Assembly (NCBI RefSeq): GCF_000179635.2
Contig: NC_014833.1
Location: forward strand, 2,340,001-2,372,000
Direction of reading: 5' to 3'
Source: Ruminococcus albus 7 = DSM 20455
Lineage (GTDB): Bacteria; Bacillota; Clostridia; Oscillospirales; Ruminococcaceae
DNA: 32,000 bases
Below the pieces are notes generated by a model. It saw only the letters and a program-made list of their open reading frames with translations, did no database searches and had not been told where the DNA came from. Both the position numbers and the translations under genes were made by a program. Within the stretch, counting starts at the first letter, position 1; every line of letters begins with the position of its first letter. This document shows, one piece after another, positions 26,751-32,000 of this stretch.

Positions 26751-27518
26751 TCAGCTATCTATGTCTTCCCTGCCATCGCATCGGTTCATACAGCTGCCTG
26801 AATCAATGCCCCGCGGGAAAAATTCATTGGTCGGAAAATCTATCTGCTCGAACATCTCGCATGGGGTGCCGCTTGTAGAAGTGCATTCCTTACCCGGTAC
26901 ACAGTAATCATATACGGGTATCATAAGCGGTACTGCCCTGGCAAGCGAGATTATAGCAAAAAGTCCGATAGTAACCAGTACGCTGCGTTCTCCGGTATCG
27001 GCATCAGCAGCAGTAAGTCTTGTATCCAGGCACATAGGTTCCACAAGACTCACAGATGCAGTCGGTAAAGTACAAAACGACCTGCAGCAGCCGCATCCGG
27101 TCGTAGGATTTTCAGGGGTTGTTACCATACCGCTGTCTGAAACAAACCTCTGGGTACCGCCGTCACTGCCGTACAGAATGACTTTTTTGGTAAAAATCGC
27201 ATTTCCGTATATGACAACAGGCGGAGTATTCTCCCCGTCAAAGACTTCTATCTGAGCACGGAAATTATAGGTAACATCTACAGAATAGAATCCCTGATTG
27301 AATGCCACAGGACTTATGGAGAAATTTACATCTGTAACATCAATGGACTGCGTCTTGATGTAAGCTGCATCGTTAACAAGCTGCTGATCACTACGGCTGA
27401 AATCAAACTCAACGTCCTCCAGACAATCCTGCGAACTGCAGGAATCGTATATGCGCATAGCATCTATGCACACAGCTTCCTTAAAACTGCCGTTTTGTCT
27501 GTTGATAGTTTCGCTCAT
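26751..27518 (-). CDS. cysteine-rich protein of unknown function
   Basis: 255 aa with about 13 Cys (VCIDAMRIYDSCSSQDC near the N-terminus, a central GCGCCRSFC, and C-terminal CVPGKEC...C...C..C). Has its own GGGAGG RBS and terminator. No domain recognised. Confidence 0.6.
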   Translation of the reverse strand: MSETINRQNGSFKEAVCIDAMRIYDSCSSQDCLEDVEFDFSRSDQQLVNDAAYIKTQSIDVTDVNFSISPVAFNQGFYSVDVTYNFRAQIEVFDGENTPPVVIYGNAIFTKKVILYGSDGGTQRFVSDSGMVTTPENPTTGCGCCRSFCTLPTASVSLVEPMCLDTRLTAADADTGERSVLVTIGLFAIISLARAVPLMIPVYDYCVPGKECTSTSGTPCEMFEQIDFPTNEFFPRGIDSGSCMNRCDGREDIDS

Positions 27519-27590
27519 AAATATACCTCCCGGATAATAATGTGAAGTTTTATCTTCTATACATCATATTCGGGAAATAATAAAAGTGTG

Positions 27591-27624
27591 CAAAAAAAGC
27601 GGCAAAAATCAGATCTGCCGCTTT
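27591..27624 (-). terminator. intrinsic terminator ending the his cluster
   Basis: Minus strand: AAAGCGGCA-N11-TGCCGCTTT followed by TTTTTT. Confidence 0.8.
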
Positions 27625-27646
27625 GAACTATATATTTCTTCGGATA

Positions 27647-27985
27647 TCAGGTGTTCTTATCCACTGTCTTGAACTGCTTGAGATTGCCGATTTTCTCGTT
27701 TCTTTCATCGAGCACCTTCTCAACATCTGCCCAGTCAAGACCCTGATTTACTGCCAGCACCATTACATGATACAGCAGATCGTTTATCTCATTCATGAGT
27801 TCGGCATTATCACCGTTCTTTGCAGCTATGATAGTCTCGGCAGCTTCTTCACCGACCTTTTTGCATATCTTGTCAACACCCTGCTGATACAAATAGCAGG
27901 TGTAGCTCTTCTCAGGTGCTTCACCCTTATCGAACTGTTCTTTTCTAGCCTTTAATACCTCAAATATTTCCTGATAAACTGTCAT
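27647..27985 (-). CDS. hisE: phosphoribosyl-ATP pyrophosphohydrolase
   Basis: 112 aa. SYTCYLYQQGVDKICKKVGEEAAETIIA and DLLYHVMVL are MazG-like HisE motifs. The start overlaps the hisI stop (TAATG). Confidence 0.9.
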   Translation of the reverse strand: MTVYQEIFEVLKARKEQFDKGEAPEKSYTCYLYQQGVDKICKKVGEEAAETIIAAKNGDNAELMNEINDLLYHVMVLAVNQGLDWADVEKVLDERNEKIGNLKQFKTVDKNT

Positions 27986-28344
27986 TATTCTTCCTCCTCA
28001 TTTTCATTGTACATTTCCTTGAAAAAGCAGCTATAGGAACCTGTATGACAGGCAACTCCCGTCTGTTCAACATTTACAAGCAGAGTATCATCATCACAGT
28101 CGCCGTAGATTGATACGACCTTTTGCAGATGTCCGCTTGTAGCACCCTTGTTCCAGTACTCCTGTCTTGATCTGCTCCAGAACCAGGTATAGCCTGTTTC
28201 CAAAGTCTTTTTCAGGCTCTCCTTGTTCATATACGCCAGCATGAGTACCGTCTTTGTGTTGACCTCGTAGCATATCGCGGGGATAAGCTCGCCTTTTACA
28301 AAGTATTTGTCAAGATCATTCAGATCAACCTTTATCTTGCTCAT
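27985..28344 (-). CDS. hisI: phosphoribosyl-AMP cyclohydrolase
   Basis: [19 protein letters not shown]...GDCDDDTLL...[13 protein letters not shown] is the HisI signature. ATG 28344 follows AAGGAG; the track start is 28365. Confidence 0.9.
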   Translation of the reverse strand: MSKIKVDLNDLDKYFVKGELIPAICYEVNTKTVLMLAYMNKESLKKTLETGYTWFWSRSRQEYWNKGATSGHLQKVVSIYGDCDDDTLLVNVEQTGVACHTGSYSCFFKEMYNENEEEE

Positions 28345-28354
28345 AATTACTCCT

Positions 28355-28735
28355 TTATCCATCAATTACTGCCACCTGATAATCGTCCTCATATATGATC
28401 TTTCCGATATGATCGGTAAAAACAATATCATAAGGAATATTATACTTATCAAGCAGCGACATCAATATTTCTGCTTTTTCACGCATTTCATCATACTTCT
28501 CGGTTTTGAAATATGTTATGGCACCTTGCGGGTTATCATTATTATCACCATAAAAAGGAGGCTCAGGGAGATGCTGTTTAAACCAGTTCTCGGTCTGCTC
28601 ATACAGCTTGCAGTCTTCATCTGAATAAACCCCATCTCTGATTCTTCGCCAGTTGAGAATAAATACTCCGACAGGCTTACCTGTTCTGTATGCAAGCTCA
28701 CGCCCTTGTATTCGCATATATTTTTTTATCATCAT
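28355..28735 (-). CDS. hypothetical cytoplasmic protein (126 aa) embedded in the his cluster
   Basis: ORF tightly packed between the GNAT gene (9-nt gap) and hisI. No recognisable motif. Confidence 0.5.
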   Translation of the reverse strand: MMIKKYMRIQGRELAYRTGKPVGVFILNWRRIRDGVYSDEDCKLYEQTENWFKQHLPEPPFYGDNNDNPQGAITYFKTEKYDEMREKAEILMSLLDKYNIPYDIVFTDHIGKIIYEDDYQVAVIDG

Positions 28736-28744
28736 AAACCAACC

Positions 28745-29149
28745 TTATGTCCACAGACTTGTTATGCACATGGGCAGCGACTTTTCTTCAATTTTAAAAC
28801 CGCACTTTTCATAAAAATGCGTTTCATTCTTATAGGCTATTAGCACCGTGCGCAGATAGTCCTTGTATTTTTCCTTTGTCATTTCAACAAGCGTTCTGCC
28901 TATAGTCCGACCGTGATACTCAGGGTCAACGAGCAGATAATGGATGTAAGCCGTCATTACCCCGTCATCAAGTGCACAGAGCATACCCACGAGCTTGTCG
29001 CCGTCCCATGCAGAAAAAACCGTATCGTATTTTTTCATAGCCCTGACAAGCTTATCCGGAAAGTGCCCAGATGACCACTCGACAGATAAGAAAAGTCTTT
29101 CAAGCTGTGATGATGTGAAATCATGTATTGTCTTATATTCGATAGCCAT
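28745..29149 (-). CDS. GNAT family N-acetyltransferase
   Basis: 134 aa. HYLLVDPEYHGRTIGRTLV (motif A) and FYEKCGF are consistent with the GNAT fold. Confidence 0.8.
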   Translation of the reverse strand: MAIEYKTIHDFTSSQLERLFLSVEWSSGHFPDKLVRAMKKYDTVFSAWDGDKLVGMLCALDDGVMTAYIHYLLVDPEYHGRTIGRTLVEMTKEKYKDYLRTVLIAYKNETHFYEKCGFKIEEKSLPMCITSLWT

Positions 29150-29154
29150 ATGAC

Positions 29155-29451
29155 TTATCCCTCTGTATCTTCTGCATTTTCAAGATTCTTCTGCTCTTCA
29201 GATATGTCAGCGTTACTGTTTTTCTTATTCCCGAAACAATCATACGTCGTTCCAAAGCAAAGACCGATAACTAAGCCTCTGGTAGTCCATAAAAATATAT
29301 CTTCTCTTAACATACCCGTAGTCAGACCGATAGCGATACCCAGACACAAGCCTATCACAAGTCCTTTACTGCTTTTATCATTGTTATTATTTCCGGGCGG
29401 ATCTGTTATTATCTCGGACGGTTCAGTTTGCTTGTTCTCATTTTCCGACAT
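29155..29451 (-). CDS. small membrane protein with duplicated GLVIGLC helix
   Basis: 98 aa with acidic/polar termini and two TM segments carrying the repeat KGLVIGLCLGIAIGLTTG / RGLVIGLCFGTTYD (glycine-zipper-like). Confidence 0.5.
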   Translation of the reverse strand: MSENENKQTEPSEIITDPPGNNNNDKSSKGLVIGLCLGIAIGLTTGMLREDIFLWTTRGLVIGLCFGTTYDCFGNKKNSNADISEEQKNLENAEDTEG

Positions 29452-29462
29452 AGATAAACTCC

Positions 29463-30218
29463 TTATCTTACGATTATCCCCTTGCTGCGGCAGTCCTCCT
29501 TTACCTGACCGACAGTTAACTCCCTGAAGTGGAACAGAGATGCCGCAAGTGCCGCCGAGCAGTCAGTCTTTATAAACGCATCAGCGAAATCACCCAGCTT
29601 TCCCGCACCGCCCGAAGCGATGACAGGTATCTTTACAGCGTCAACTACAGCTTTAAGCATGGGCAGGTCAAATCCTCCACGCACACCGTCGGTATCTATG
29701 GAGTTCAGGCATATCTCACCCGCGCCAAGCTGTTCGCATTTCTTGACCCAGTCAATAAGGTCCATTTTCATGTCGATACGTCCGCCGTTAATGAAAACGG
29801 TCCATTTGTTTTCACCCACAGCCTTTGCATCTACACCAACGCATATACACTGACTTCCGAAGATATCAGCACCGTCCTTGATAAGCTGAGGATTCTGTAC
29901 TGCCTGCGAATTAACGGATACCTTATCGGCACCTGCACGCAGGGTCTCGCGGATATCATCAACTGTCTTTATACCGCCGCCGACAGTCAGAGGCACGAAT
30001 ACCTTTTTAGCGGTATTGCGTACTACATCAAGCATGACTCCCCTGCCCTCGTGGGATGCGGTTATATCATAAAATACAATTTCGTCAGCACCCTGTTTGT
30101 TGTACTCCAGAGCACATTCAACAGGGTCTCCGACCTCTTTTATACCTTCAAAATTTACGCCCTTTACTACCTTGCCGTCACGGACATCAAGGCAGGGTAT
30201 TATCCTTTTTGCAAGCAT
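29463..30218 (-). CDS. hisF: imidazole glycerol phosphate synthase, cyclase subunit
   Basis: 251 aa. [25 protein letters not shown] and ASGGAG motifs of HisF. Confidence 0.93.
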   Translation of the reverse strand: MLAKRIIPCLDVRDGKVVKGVNFEGIKEVGDPVECALEYNKQGADEIVFYDITASHEGRGVMLDVVRNTAKKVFVPLTVGGGIKTVDDIRETLRAGADKVSVNSQAVQNPQLIKDGADIFGSQCICVGVDAKAVGENKWTVFINGGRIDMKMDLIDWVKKCEQLGAGEICLNSIDTDGVRGGFDLPMLKAVVDAVKIPVIASGGAGKLGDFADAFIKTDCSAALAASLFHFRELTVGQVKEDCRSKGIIVR

Positions 30219-30242
30219 ATTTTTACCTCCATATCGGTAATA

Positions 30243-30725
30243 TCATGTATATCTCTCATAGTCCTCGTCAAGGCAGTCGAGCTCGTCCGCCTCTTTAGCG
30301 TACCGCCATTTCATACCCTCTGCAATTACGAAAGAGGTATAGCTCTCATTCAGCGAAAACTTTTTGATCACAAATTCGTATTCGGGAGAAAATCTGCCGC
30401 CGTCAGTCCAGACGATAAGGCTGTCACGCCTGTTCTTTCCGTACAGATCATCACGGAATTCCAATGTGCAATCCCAGATATCAGTAGGCTTCATCATCGA
30501 GCAGTACTTTACTCCCGTAAACAGCATTTCTATCCTGTCCACCCACTGACTGTCAACCGTCAGCAGCAGCGTAGTGCCGTTGTAAGGAAAATGCATGGCT
30601 TTCTTCTCATCACAGTAAACACCGCTTATGTAATTAGCTGATACTACGGCAGAATCATGCATACACTTTGTTTCATTTAAGAAGCTGTCTATATCATCCT
30701 GAGAAACTATCTTCCGCCAAGCCAT
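30243..30725 (-). CDS. hypothetical cytoplasmic protein (160 aa) embedded in the his cluster
   Basis: ORF with 19-24-nt gaps to its neighbours and an acidic C-terminus (DELDCLDEDYERY). No recognisable catalytic motif. Confidence 0.5.
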   Translation of the reverse strand: MAWRKIVSQDDIDSFLNETKCMHDSAVVSANYISGVYCDEKKAMHFPYNGTTLLLTVDSQWVDRIEMLFTGVKYCSMMKPTDIWDCTLEFRDDLYGKNRRDSLIVWTDGGRFSPEYEFVIKKFSLNESYTSFVIAEGMKWRYAKEADELDCLDEDYERYT

Positions 30726-30744
30726 AAAACGCCCTCCTTGAAGA

Positions 30745-31536
30745 TCACTTTTTCTTCAGAACTACATAAGCTGCATAGTGCTTTATATCGAACTCCTTCG
30801 GATACGCGGCTAGCATAGCGAGATGCTCCTTCTCCCATTCTGACTTCTGTTCCTCGGTAAGGGAAGATGCACCTATCCCTCGACAGGCTCTTATCCTGCC
30901 GTTCCAGCTTTCTCTTGTAAAGTGTACCGGGATAAGGAATTCACCGCTGGCTTCAACATCAAAACATTCAAGATAAGGTGCGGGAACAGCTATGGGCTTC
31001 ATGGTATCGCCCTTGCCTGACCAATCCGGGTTATATTTAAGAACAAGTTCTTCTGTCTTTCCTGCTATCTCATCTTCAAAAGGCAGCCAGTTCATCATCA
31101 GAAAAGCGACCTTTCCGCCCTTATTAAGGAGTTTTGCGAACTGCGGAGCGGTCTTTTCGTGCTCAAAATACCAATAGCACTGACAAGCGGTGATCACATC
31201 GAATCTGCTATCGACAACACCCAGCTTTTCGGCAGGAATAGCAAAGAAAGTTATATCCATACCACTATTTTGTGATAAAAGCTTAGCCTGCTCTATCTGT
31301 TCCTCGGAAATATCAGTACCTGTCCAGTCAGCACCGAATCTGTACATATTTCTTGGAAGAACTCCAGTTCCTGTGCCGATATCAAGAACTTTCTGTCCCT
31401 TGATACCGAGTCTAAGTTCTACCAGTTTATTATAGAATCCCTCGGGGTAGATATCGCGGTACTTTGCGTAATCCGCAGATGCTTTTCCCCAGTCAAATTT
31501 ATTTCCGTTATCTATGTTTGTTCTGCTTATCTCCAT
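30745..31536 (-). CDS. class I SAM-dependent methyltransferase
   Basis: 263 aa. VLDIGTGTGVL (motif I), GTDISEEQI and FDVITACQCYWYF (motif III region). Confidence 0.8.
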   Translation of the reverse strand: MEISRTNIDNGNKFDWGKASADYAKYRDIYPEGFYNKLVELRLGIKGQKVLDIGTGTGVLPRNMYRFGADWTGTDISEEQIEQAKLLSQNSGMDITFFAIPAEKLGVVDSRFDVITACQCYWYFEHEKTAPQFAKLLNKGGKVAFLMMNWLPFEDEIAGKTEELVLKYNPDWSGKGDTMKPIAVPAPYLECFDVEASGEFLIPVHFTRESWNGRIRACRGIGASSLTEEQKSEWEKEHLAMLAAYPKEFDIKHYAAYVVLKKK

Positions 31537-31632
31537 TGTTCAACCTCAAAATTTATCGTCGTTCTGCATTAAAACTCAATCACGATGTTATGCATATATA
31601 TGATTTTTTATTTAATCAAGACATATTTCTGC

Positions 31633-31661
31633 AAAAGTTGTACAAAAACGTACAACTTTTT
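31633..31661. terminator. hairpin with flanking A/T tracts (terminator-like; better oriented for the plus strand)
   Basis: AAAAGTTGTAC-AAAAAC-GTACAACTTTT. The 8-bp core stem is 31636-31643 / 31650-31657. T5 follows on the plus strand, but only about T4 follows on the minus strand. Confidence 0.45.
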
Positions 31662-31842
31662 CGCAAAAAAACCTGATAGTAGAAAGCCTTGTGCGCACGA
31701 TGGCAGGCTGACCGCGAATGACCGCAGAGGCAGTCTGAGATAAGGTGGTCCAGATCGGCAAACGTGGACGTGTCATACTGTACAGGTTTCAGCATCTTGA
31801 AAAATGAATACTATATATATCCAAACATGTCGGTCAGACAAG

Positions 31843-32000
31843 TTCAGAAAAGTTTTTTAGTATTTTAAGACCTGTTTCACCGCTCTTTTCGGGGTGGAAC
31901 TGACATCCGTAAACAAAACCGTTATCACCTACCACAGCAGGTACTTCCGAACCGTATACACTGTAGGCATAAAGGTTTTCCCTGTTATCGCAGAAAGCCT
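31843..32000 (-). CDS. hisH: imidazole glycerol phosphate synthase, glutamine amidotransferase subunit (3' end only)
   Basis: Minus-strand translation is ...AFCDNRENLYAYSVYGSEVPAVVGDNGFVYGCQFHPEKSGETGLKITKKLF*. GxQFHPEKS is the class-I GATase/HisH C-terminal catalytic His-Glu motif. Absent from the ORF track because fewer than 60 codons lie in the window. Confidence 0.8.

Noticed and set aside
27519-27600. Sporulation-sigma (SigG/SigK-like) promoter upstream of the Cys-rich gene (GTATAG-N14-CATTATTA on the minus strand)
   Set aside because: It is only a loose resemblance. The spacing and the -10 do not fit the consensus as I remember it, and the region is AT-rich, so chance matches are expected. 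Left as a check under the Cys-rich protein finding.
29529-30641. 370-aa plus-strand ORF, the longest unannotated ORF in the track
   Set aside because: It lies entirely antisense to hisF and the 160-aa ORF. It has no RBS, and its product is low-complexity and Ser/Leu/Cys/Arg-rich as expected from reading a real gene backwards. hisF on the other strand has unambiguous motifs.
1-32000. CRISPR arrays, tRNA/rRNA genes, prophage or defence-system genes
   Set aside because: Scanning intergenic regions on both strands showed no regularly spaced repeats, no cloverleaf-like GC-rich 70-90-nt segments, and no nuclease, helicase or ATPase genes typical of defence islands.

Overview
About 40% GC chromosomal segment of Firmicutes/Clostridia type. 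A Ruminococcus/Oscillospiraceae-like origin is inferred only from gene content, GGAGG-type RBSs, lipoprotein signals and T-box use. It is mostly housekeeping metabolism: argF, aspartate kinase, glgB, type-2 galT, T-box-controlled leuA, and the tail of a his cluster (hisH', hisF, hisI, hisE). Interspersed are accessory or uncharacterised genes. The clearest non-routine features: (1) a 1,025-bp IS1595-family element with 25-bp terminal inverted repeats and an 8-bp target duplication splits a GT2-GtrA glycosyltransferase gene, and its own transposase frame is broken at an A-run. (2) The his cluster has five co-directional, tightly packed non-his genes threaded between hisH, hisF and hisI, and no hisA at the expected position. 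A GC-rich non-coding island follows hisH. (3) An AraC-like HTH, a small partner protein and a P1B-type ATPase form a module; the ATPase carries S-C-A instead of C-P-C in the metal-binding helix and has no CxxC N-terminal domain. (4) The pnuC leader shows mutually exclusive hairpin/terminator folds but matches no riboswitch class I can recognise. (5) There is an orphan 255-aa cysteine-rich protein. I saw no CRISPR array, tRNA/rRNA gene, prophage or recognisable defence system. All functional calls rest on motif recognition by eye; no database search was possible.
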